From contig CANQKO010000004.1 of the NCBI GenBank assembly GCA_947624505.1, positions 4,666 through 68,665 of the forward strand: a DNA stretch of 64,000 nt, given 5' to 3'. The notes beneath the pieces are model-generated. The model saw only the letters and a program-made list of their open reading frames with translations, made no database searches and was not told where the DNA came from. The translations under genes and the position numbers were made by a program. Shown piece by piece: positions 56,550 through 64,000 of this stretch. Each line of letters starts with the position of its first letter. Position 1 is the first letter of the stretch. Origin of the DNA: an uncultured Bacilli bacterium. GTDB lineage: Bacteria > Bacillota_I > Bacilli_A > RF39 > UBA660.

Positions 56550-58643
56550 ATGAGTAGAAGTAGTAAAAATGAAGAAATAGAGAGTTTAGAGAAAGAAGAA
56601 TTTGCTCCCATATTAGATCCAGAAAAGAAATATCAAGACAACTATTTAAAAAACTTTTTAGTTTTATTATTAACATTATTTGCTATTGAAATAATTTTTA
56701 AATTATCAAGTGGTTTTCAAATTTTATCATATGCCACTTTAAGAATATTATTAAGTGATATAATTATCTCTTTAATTATTACCACTCTTAGTACTATTAC
56801 GAAAAGAAGATGGTTAAAAAATACAATTAATATTGTCTTTGTTTTAATTTATAGTATTTATGTATGGTTACAAAGAGGTTTTATTAACTTTTTAGGAGTC
56901 TATATTTCATTTCATACCTCTAGTCAATTTGGGGCTGTTACCGATTATATTGGTGATTTTTTGGCCTCAATTAAAATAAGTTATTATTTAGTTTTTATTC
57001 CGTTTATAATATATATTGTCTATTTAATTTTAATAAGAAATTCTCATTATGAAAAACTTAAGTTTAATTTGAAATCATTATTTATTTTAGGGGGATTAGT
57101 ACTAACGACAGCTCTTTACTATTTAACTTTTAATTTATCATTTATGCAAGAGGCATTACAAGTTAAAACTAATAAAGAATTATTTAAATCCCCTGATGTA
57201 CCAACCATTGCTGTTAATCAATTTGGTCCTATTGTTTTTGGTATCCTTGATTTTAAAACATTCATTTTCCCGGTTGAAGAAAGCGAAGTAGTATTTGAAG
57301 GTGAAAATGAGACAACTGAACCAGTAAAAAGAGAAGTAAGCGAAGCTTTAAGTAAAATAGCAGAAGAAGAAACTAATAAAAAATATAAAAGTTTAAATAA
57401 TTATTTTGCGACGCGAAAAGTTACCGATTTTAATGACTATACGGGAAAATTTGAAGGGAAAAATGTTATTGTTATTCTAATGGAATCAGTAAATAACGCC
57501 ATTATCAATGAAAAATATTTTCCTAATTATTATAATTTATATACTAATGGTTGGAGTTTTGCAAATAATTACTCACCAAGAAACAGTTGTGCTACCGGTA
57601 ATAATGAATTTAGTGCAATGACTAGTTTATACTCCATATATAATACTTGTACCTCTAATGTTTATAAAGATAATACTTATTTTGAAGCTATCTTTAATTT
57701 ATTTAATAATAAAGGTTATACTACAACAAGTATGCACGATTTTATTGAGTGGTATTACTATCGTAAAACAATTCATCCAAATATGGGAAGTGGTAAGTAT
57801 TATAATGCTTCTAGTTTGGGTATTGAAACAGCGGGTTATTATGGTGAATGGCCAAGTGATGAAGAATTATTTGATAAAGGTTTAGATATCATTTTAAATA
57901 GTGATGATGATAAACCATTTATGACTTGGTTTACGACAGTTACTTCGCATCAACCTTATTCTGTGTCATCAACCTATGGTGATTTATATAAAGATTATTT
58001 TATGGATGAGGGTTATTCTGAACAAAATAGTCGTTATCTATCTAAACTAAAAGTTTTAGATAACGCAATAGGTATTTTAGTTGATAAATTAAAAGAAGCT
58101 AATAAATTTGATGATACCGTTATAGTTTTACTAGCTGATCATTATCCTTATGGTTTAAATAAAAGTAATGTTAGTAAATTAGTATCTCACGAACTTGATG
58201 ATTATGAAATTGAAAGAACACCATTTGTAATATATAATAGTAGTATGAAGCCAAAAGTATTTAATCAATATAATTCATATATTAATTTGTTGCCTACTAT
58301 TGCTAATTTACTTAATCTTGATTATGATCCAAGACTTTATATGGGTACCGATTTATTTAGTCCAGACTATGTTTCAAGAGTGGTTTTTGCTGATGGTTCT
58401 TGGAAAGATGAATATGCATACTATAATGCATCAAATAGTAAAATAAAATATTTTACTGATAAAGAATATACTAATGAAGAAATAATTGAAATTAATAACG
58501 CTATTACTTTAAAAATTGAAATGAGTAGTAAAGCTATTAAAAATGATTATTTTACCTACTTAAAAGAAAAAATTGATGAATATAATGCTAAAGTAGAAGA
58601 AGAAAACAATAAAGAAAATAACGAAAGTGAAGAAGAAAATTAA
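56550..58643 (+). CDS. LTA synthase family protein (membrane-anchored sulfatase-domain phosphoglycerol transferase)
   Basis: Five N-terminal TM helices plus an extracellular sulfatase domain (VIVILMESVNN, TTVTSHQPY, LLADHYPYG). Confidence 0.8.
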   Translation: MSRSSKNEEIESLEKEEFAPILDPEKKYQDNYLKNFLVLLLTLFAIEIIFKLSSGFQILSYATLRILLSDIIISLIITTLSTITKRRWLKNTINIVFVLIYSIYVWLQRGFINFLGVYISFHTSSQFGAVTDYIGDFLASIKISYYLVFIPFIIYIVYLILIRNSHYEKLKFNLKSLFILGGLVLTTALYYLTFNLSFMQEALQVKTNKELFKSPDVPTIAVNQFGPIVFGILDFKTFIFPVEESEVVFEGENETTEPVKREVSEALSKIAEEETNKKYKSLNNYFATRKVTDFNDYTGKFEGKNVIVILMESVNNAIINEKYFPNYYNLYTNGWSFANNYSPRNSCATGNNEFSAMTSLYSIYNTCTSNVYKDNTYFEAIFNLFNNKGYTTTSMHDFIEWYYYRKTIHPNMGSGKYYNASSLGIETAGYYGEWPSDEELFDKGLDIILNSDDDKPFMTWFTTVTSHQPYSVSSTYGDLYKDYFMDEGYSEQNSRYLSKLKVLDNAIGILVDKLKEANKFDDTVIVLLADHYPYGLNKSNVSKLVSHELDDYEIERTPFVIYNSSMKPKVFNQYNSYINLLPTIANLLNLDYDPRLYMGTDLFSPDYVSRVVFADGSWKDEYAYYNASNSKIKYFTDKEYTNEEIIEINNAITLKIEMSSKAIKNDYFTYLKEKIDEYNAKVEEENNKENNESEEEN

Positions 58644-58740
58644 CTATTTACGCTATGTAAGTAGTTTTTTTCACCAAAAATAATTGACATTAAATAAAAT
58701 TCATTGTATAAATTATTATTGATAGGAGAAAAAAATTTTT

Positions 58741-60774
58741 ATGAAAAATGTTGTCATTGTAGAATCTCCAGCTAAAAGTAAAACAATTGAAAAGTACTTA
58801 GCAGGTGATTATAAAGTAGTATCATCAAAAGGCCATATTAGAGATTTAGCTACCTCTGGTAAATATGGTTTAGGTGTGGATTTGGATAATGATTTTAAAC
58901 CTAATTATGTAATTATAAAAGGTAAAAATAAAGATGTTAAAGAATTAAAAAAGCTGGTTGATAGTGCTGATCACGTATATCTTGCCACCGACCCTGATCG
59001 AGAGGGAGAAATTATTTCTTGGCATTTAAAAGATGAATTAAAAATACCGGAAGAGAAATATTCCCGTGTAACATTTAGAGAAATAACGAAAGATGTTGTT
59101 TTAAATTCGATTAAAGAAGAAGCGAAAATTGATATGAATTTAGTTAAAGGGGCAGAAACGAGAAGAATTCTTGACCGAATAATTGGTTTTCGTTTATCTA
59201 AATTAATGCAATATAAAACGGGAGGTAAAAGTGCTGGAAGAGTTCAATCAGTGGCTTTAAAATTAATTGTTGATAGGGAAAGAGAAATTTTGGCTTTTGT
59301 TCCCGAAGAATACTGGACAATTGAAGCCGATTTTAAAGACTTTACAGCGGAATTAATTAAATATCAAGATAAAGATATAGAAATTCATAATGAGACAGAA
59401 GCTGATCTAATTCTATCTAAGCTATCAAAATCATTTACCATTAAAGATATTGAAGAAAAAGATAAAAAGAAACAAGCAAGAGAAGTTTTTAAAACTTCAA
59501 CTTTACAACAAATGGCTTCGACTAAACTTAATTTTGCGGCCTCAAAAACTATGAAAATAGCGCAAAAATTATATGAAGGTGTCGATTTAGCCAAAGAAAC
59601 TGTCGGGCTTATTACTTATATGCGTACTGATAGTGTTCGTCTTTCTGATGAATTTGTTAGAGAGACTAAAGGCTTTATTAATGGGACATATGGTAAAGAA
59701 TATGTTGGTTTTGCTAAAGTTGGTAAGAAAAATGCTAATATTCAAGATGCTCACGAAGGTATTAGACCAACAAGCATTAATAGAACCCCGGAATCTGTGA
59801 AACCTTATTTATCAAATGATGAATATAAATTATATAAATTAATTTATACAAGAGCTTTAGCATCTATTATGGCTGATGCTAAAGTGAAAGTAACAACTGT
59901 AACTTTCTTAAATAATGACTATTTATTTAAAACTACAGGTAGTGTTTTAGTATTTGATGGTTATTTAAAAGTTTATAAAGAATATGAAGATAGTGAAGAT
60001 AAAATATTACCAGATTTTAAAAGTTTTCAAAGTAATGTTTTAGTAGCGGATGCTATTAATAAATTCCAACACTTTACAAAACCAGCAAGTAGATATACAG
60101 AAAGTAGTTTAATTAAGGAATTAGAAAGTTTAGGAATTGGTAGACCATCAACTTATGCTACTATTATATCAACACTTAAAGATCACGATTATGTTAAATT
60201 AGAAGATAAGAAATTTATTCCTACAGAAATGGGAATGGAAACAACTGATAAATTACAAGAATATTTTAGTGATATTATTAATGTTAAATATACGGCAAAT
60301 ATGGAATCAGATTTAGATGAAATTGCCGAAGCTAAAAAAGATAATATTAAAGTATTGCACGAATTTTATGATAAGTTTGCTCCCATTATGGATGATGCCC
60401 TAAAAAATATGGAAAAAAAGAAACCGGAAGAAACGGGAGAAGTATGTCCTGAGTGTGGTGGTAATCTGGTTATTAGAAAGGGCAAATATGGCGAATTTGT
60501 GGCTTGTTCTAATTACCCTAAATGTAAATATGTTAAAAAGGAAGAAAAAGAAGCTAAAGTAGTAGAAAAAGTAGCTGAATGTCCTAAATGTCATAAAGAT
60601 ATTGTGGCAAGAAAAACAAAAAGAGGTAAAATATTTTATGGATGTTCTGGGTACCCTAAATGTGATTATGCTACTTGGAATAAACCAACGGGTAATATTT
60701 GCCAAACTTGTGGTAATTTACTAGTTGATAAAAATGGCACCGAAATATGTGAAGTTTGTGATAAAGAAAAATAA
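58741..60774 (+). CDS. topA: DNA topoisomerase I
   Basis: Toprim VIVESPAKSKTIEKYL, DPDREGE, active-site ITYMRTDS, three C-terminal CxxC...CxxC zinc ribbons. Confidence 0.97.
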   Translation: MKNVVIVESPAKSKTIEKYLAGDYKVVSSKGHIRDLATSGKYGLGVDLDNDFKPNYVIIKGKNKDVKELKKLVDSADHVYLATDPDREGEIISWHLKDELKIPEEKYSRVTFREITKDVVLNSIKEEAKIDMNLVKGAETRRILDRIIGFRLSKLMQYKTGGKSAGRVQSVALKLIVDREREILAFVPEEYWTIEADFKDFTAELIKYQDKDIEIHNETEADLILSKLSKSFTIKDIEEKDKKKQAREVFKTSTLQQMASTKLNFAASKTMKIAQKLYEGVDLAKETVGLITYMRTDSVRLSDEFVRETKGFINGTYGKEYVGFAKVGKKNANIQDAHEGIRPTSINRTPESVKPYLSNDEYKLYKLIYTRALASIMADAKVKVTTVTFLNNDYLFKTTGSVLVFDGYLKVYKEYEDSEDKILPDFKSFQSNVLVADAINKFQHFTKPASRYTESSLIKELESLGIGRPSTYATIISTLKDHDYVKLEDKKFIPTEMGMETTDKLQEYFSDIINVKYTANMESDLDEIAEAKKDNIKVLHEFYDKFAPIMDDALKNMEKKKPEETGEVCPECGGNLVIRKGKYGEFVACSNYPKCKYVKKEEKEAKVVEKVAECPKCHKDIVARKTKRGKIFYGCSGYPKCDYATWNKPTGNICQTCGNLLVDKNGTEICEVCDKEK

Positions 60775-60879
60775 CCCCTCGGTTATTTTTTTTCTTGTAT
60801 ACAATTAATTGACATATATAATATTTGATCTATTAAAAAAATGATAAAAATTTGATATACTATAAATAAGGTGTTTGGT

Positions 60880-61476
60880 ATGAAAAAGACTAAATTATAT
60901 AAGAGTACGGCCCAAATGATTATTTATACTATTATTTTTATTATTTGTCTTGTTTTGTGTATTATTATTGGAACAAAAGATTATTCAAAAGATAAATTAA
61001 GTGATAATTTAAGATTTAGTAGTATTTATGATAAAGTAAGTGAAGATAATGTTTATAAATTTGCTACCGCGACTGATGTTTTAAGCATAATTAATAATGG
61101 AAGTGGTATTATATTAATGGGTTTTCCTCTTAATAAATGGACTAATGATTATGCTTATATTATAAACGATGTGGCTAAAGAGAAAAATATTAAAGAAATT
61201 TATTATTATGATTTTTTAGATGATCGCGAAAATAAAAATGGAACATATGAAACAATCGTTAATGAATTATCAGTTTATACAATTACAGATGATTTGGGAA
61301 AAAATAATATATATGCCCCAACTTTAATGGTTGTTAAAGAAGGCAAGGTTATTGGTTATTTTGATGATACAGCAATTATGAAGGGGAGTACCAAACCAGA
61401 GCTTTATTATACTGATGGGGAAGTTAGTAGAATAAAAAGAGAAATTGGGTTAGTTTTTGATGAGTATTTGAAATAG
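60880..61476 (+). CDS. hypothetical membrane-anchored protein
   Basis: One N-terminal TM helix. AAGGTG RBS 6 nt before ATG 60880. No family recognised. Confidence 0.5.
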   Translation: MKKTKLYKSTAQMIIYTIIFIICLVLCIIIGTKDYSKDKLSDNLRFSSIYDKVSEDNVYKFATATDVLSIINNGSGIILMGFPLNKWTNDYAYIINDVAKEKNIKEIYYYDFLDDRENKNGTYETIVNELSVYTITDDLGKNNIYAPTLMVVKEGKVIGYFDDTAIMKGSTKPELYYTDGEVSRIKREIGLVFDEYLK

Positions 61477-61484
61477 AGGTTAAT

Positions 61485-62252
61485 ATGGAAGAAAATTTTA
61501 AAAGTAAAATAGGTTTTAGTATCTTTATTATCTTCATTTTATTTTTATTAATTGGTGGCTATTTTTTTACTAAATATATGACTGATGAAGATTATCAAAA
61601 GAAAGTTAATAAAAATACTTTTGAAGATGTTAATTATAAAATAGAAAAAGATAAAGATTATATCTATTTTGTTAATGAAAAAGTTATTAGTGAAGATGCC
61701 AATTTAATTTATAAAGATGCTGTTATTAATATTTTAGGCGAAGAAGAATTAACAGAAAATTTAGAAGATGAAAATAAAGAAAATAAAAATACGATTAAAT
61801 ATATAAGTGATGTTGAAGGAATAGATAGATTAGATGATATCTATAAATATGATAATTTATATTATTTATATCATCGAAATTATGAAGTATATGAATTTGA
61901 TAAATATGTTAGTTTAGTAATTAAAGATTATGCTTATTCTTGTTATGATTTATTAACTTTTAAAAGTACTAAAAGTTATGTTTATGATGTAAATAAAGGA
62001 GTGAGATTAAGTAATGATGATTTATTAAAAATTTTTAATGTAACCATTGATGAAATAAAGGAAAAAATAAGAGAAGAATTAAATAAAAGTCAAACAACAG
62101 AAGATGGAGTAGAAGTTATTAAAATAGATGAAACATTAAATAACTTTAATAATTATTCTTTATATGTCAATGATTTGGGTAAACTTTGTATTACTTATCT
62201 TGTCAAATCAATTGAGAAAGATTATAATTTAAGTATGGAGGTTTTTAAATGA
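61485..62252 (+). CDS. hypothetical membrane-anchored protein
   Basis: One N-terminal TM helix and an acidic extracellular domain. No family recognised. Confidence 0.5.
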   Translation: MEENFKSKIGFSIFIIFILFLLIGGYFFTKYMTDEDYQKKVNKNTFEDVNYKIEKDKDYIYFVNEKVISEDANLIYKDAVINILGEEELTENLEDENKENKNTIKYISDVEGIDRLDDIYKYDNLYYLYHRNYEVYEFDKYVSLVIKDYAYSCYDLLTFKSTKSYVYDVNKGVRLSNDDLLKIFNVTIDEIKEKIREELNKSQTTEDGVEVIKIDETLNNFNNYSLYVNDLGKLCITYLVKSIEKDYNLSMEVFK

Positions 62253-62782
62253 ATTTAGATACAGAAGTAAAAATGCAAAAAGCAATGGAAACTTTAGATA
62301 ATAAATTATTATCCATCAGAGCCGGAAGAGCTAATCCAGCAATGTTACAAGGTTTAATGGTTGATTATTATGGAACGTTAACGCCAATAAATAGTATTTG
62401 TAATATTACGGTTCCGGAGGCTCGCCAACTTTTTATTAAACCATTTGATCGCAGTGCTTTAAAAAATATTGAGAAAGCTATTAATGAGTCGAATATTGGA
62501 ATTGCCCCAAGTAATAATGGTGAAGTTATTATTTTAACTGTTCCTGAGCTTACAGAAGATAGAAGAAAAGAATATGCTAAACAAGCTAAATCTTTAGGAG
62601 AAGAAGCTAAAATTACTCTTCGTAATATTCGTCAAGAAGATAATGATAAAATTAAGAAAGCTGAATTACCTGAAGATGAAGAAAAATTATATTTAGAAGA
62701 TGTTCAAGATTTAATAAATAAATATAACAAAATTGTTGATGATAAAATTAAAGAAAAAGAAGAAGAATTAATGAGAATATAA
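62249..62782 (+). CDS. frr: ribosome recycling factor
   Basis: LSIRAGRANPAMLQGLMVDYYGTLTPINSICNITVPEARQLFIKPFD and TEDRRKEYAKQAK motifs. Confidence 0.93.
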   Translation: MNLDTEVKMQKAMETLDNKLLSIRAGRANPAMLQGLMVDYYGTLTPINSICNITVPEARQLFIKPFDRSALKNIEKAINESNIGIAPSNNGEVIILTVPELTEDRRKEYAKQAKSLGEEAKITLRNIRQEDNDKIKKAELPEDEEKLYLEDVQDLINKYNKIVDDKIKEKEEELMRI

Positions 62783-62798
62783 AGGGTGATTAAATAAT

Positions 62799-63245
62799 AT
62801 GGAAAGCAAAAAAATAAAAGATGAGTCATTTCATTTACCGCTTATCATAAGTACATTTTTAGTAGTAGATATAATTATATTATTTTTCTTATGTTTATTA
62901 GAATTATCAGGTGTAAATCATTTAATTGTTTTAAGCATAAGTTTTCTAGTAGAATTTTTAGCGACATTATTGGTGGTGTGGAAAGGTAATATTAGATCTT
63001 CTATTATTTTATATATTTTATTTTTAGTTTCTCCTGTTTTTTTAAATTTAATTGCAATGGGTATGCATTACATAACTAATGCAATGCCTTTTACGCCAAC
63101 TATTTTGGTATTATTCCGTAGTGGTTATGATTTAAAAGGCAATTTAATGAATTTCCTAATGCGTAGTGTTATAACCTTCCGTTTGCCATCTTTAATGGGA
63201 ATAATTCTCTCATCCATCCTTTATTTGTTTAAAAAAAGAAAATAA
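62799..63245 (+). CDS. hypothetical membrane protein
   Basis: 148 aa with four hydrophobic helices. No family recognised. Confidence 0.5.
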   Translation: MESKKIKDESFHLPLIISTFLVVDIIILFFLCLLELSGVNHLIVLSISFLVEFLATLLVVWKGNIRSSIILYILFLVSPVFLNLIAMGMHYITNAMPFTPTILVLFRSGYDLKGNLMNFLMRSVITFRLPSLMGIILSSILYLFKKRK

Positions 63246-63336
63246 AGTAATGTTAGAAAGTAATTTTTCTAGCATTTTTTCTTTTCAATAAATTTATTTA
63301 TTGTATTTTGAATTTAAAAAATGTATAATAAAAATT

Positions 63337-64000
63337 ATGAAAAGAAATGAAGTAGATCGAAGTAAATTAAGTCCAATGATGAGACAATATATGGAAATAA
63401 AAGATCAATATAAAGAAGAGCTTTTATTTTTTCGCCTTGGGGATTTTTATGAATTATTCTTTGAAGATGGCCTTATTGCTTCAAGAGAATTAGAATTAAC
63501 ATTAACAGGAAAACAAGCAGGGCTTGATGAAAAAGTACCTATGTGTGGTGTTCCTTATCACGCTGTTAAAGGCTATATTGAAAAGCTCGTTAATAAAGGT
63601 TATCGAGTAGCCATTTGTGAGCAATTAGAAGACCCTAAAAGCACTAAAGATATGGTTAAAAGAGGGGTAATTGATGTTATTAGTAAGGGAACTGTAACTG
63701 ATTTTGAACTATTAGATGCTAAAAATAATTCTTATATTGCCAGTATTTTAGAATTTAATGATATATATATTGTTACTTATGCTGATATTACAACAGGTGA
63801 ATTAAATAGTGTTAGTTTACCTAAAAATGATGAAAAATTGCTAAGTGAAATATTAAGTTTAGGAATTAAAGAAGTAATATTAATAAATAATAATAATGTC
63901 TTTTTAACGGACTTACTTAAAAATAAATATGCTATTGAAATTGCTATTAGTAGTGAATACTATAGCGATGATGTTGCCTTTTTAAATAATTTAACTGATA
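63337..64000 (+). CDS. mutS: DNA mismatch repair protein MutS (5' part, runs off the window)
   Basis: LSPMMRQYMEIKDQYKEELLFFRLGDFYELFFEDG...VPMCGVPYHA...GYRVAICEQLEDP. Not in the ORF track because it has no stop within the window. Confidence 0.93.
   Translation, partial: MKRNEVDRSKLSPMMRQYMEIKDQYKEELLFFRLGDFYELFFEDGLIASRELELTLTGKQAGLDEKVPMCGVPYHAVKGYIEKLVNKGYRVAICEQLEDPKSTKDMVKRGVIDVISKGTVTDFELLDAKNNSYIASILEFNDIYIVTYADITTGELNSVSLPKNDEKLLSEILSLGIKEVILINNNNVFLTDLLKNKYAIEIAISSEYYSDDVAFLNNLTD

Noticed and set aside
1-64000. Search for tRNA, rRNA, riboswitch, T-box or IS elements.
   Set aside because: No cloverleaf-like GC-rich segments, rRNA-like conserved stretches, transposase ORFs or terminal inverted repeats were recognised by eye. 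The longer non-coding gaps (13255-13498, 16587-16799, 50678-51012) contain only promoter- and terminator-like signals and tiny ORFs.

Overview
Very AT-rich chromosomal segment (under 30% GC by eye, not computed) from an endospore-forming Firmicute. Synteny looks Bacilli/Erysipelotrichia-like: ftsA-ftsZ-spoIIGA-sigE-sigG, lexA...tkt-sirA, rimM-trmD-rplS-lepB-rbgA-rnhB and mraZ-rsmH-ftsL-PBP. Most of the window is core cell-division, sporulation, translation and envelope genes. No rRNA, tRNA, CRISPR array or transposase was recognised.

Standouts:
1. A SpoVD-like class B penicillin-binding protein gene is split exactly at its SXXK active-site codons. The insert is a 3.4-kb element with 8-bp direct repeats that carries a large serine recombinase and a DUF4143-type ATPase. 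This looks like a miniature skin-like sporulation intervening element.
2. A complete type III toxin-antitoxin / abortive-infection module is present: promoter, 3.2 tandem 35-36-nt repeats, terminator, then a ToxN/AbiQ-like toxin.
3. The syntenic transketolase gene is full length but has lost essentially every ThDP-binding and catalytic motif, so it is a candidate pseudoenzyme.
4. Four divergent tandem paralogs of an unknown family sit in one array.
5. A 722-aa surface protein gene has a 3' third that jumps from about 20-30% to 45-50% GC.
6. Two SOS boxes lie between lexA and a divergent 45-aa membrane peptide gene.
7. A 10-bp-phased GTGG array, likely the MraZ operator, lies upstream of mraZ.
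8. A decaying accessory islet (UDG-like, two ASCH genes, frameshifted RhuM, GNAT, frameshifted DinD, KilA-N) is inserted between lepB and rbgA.
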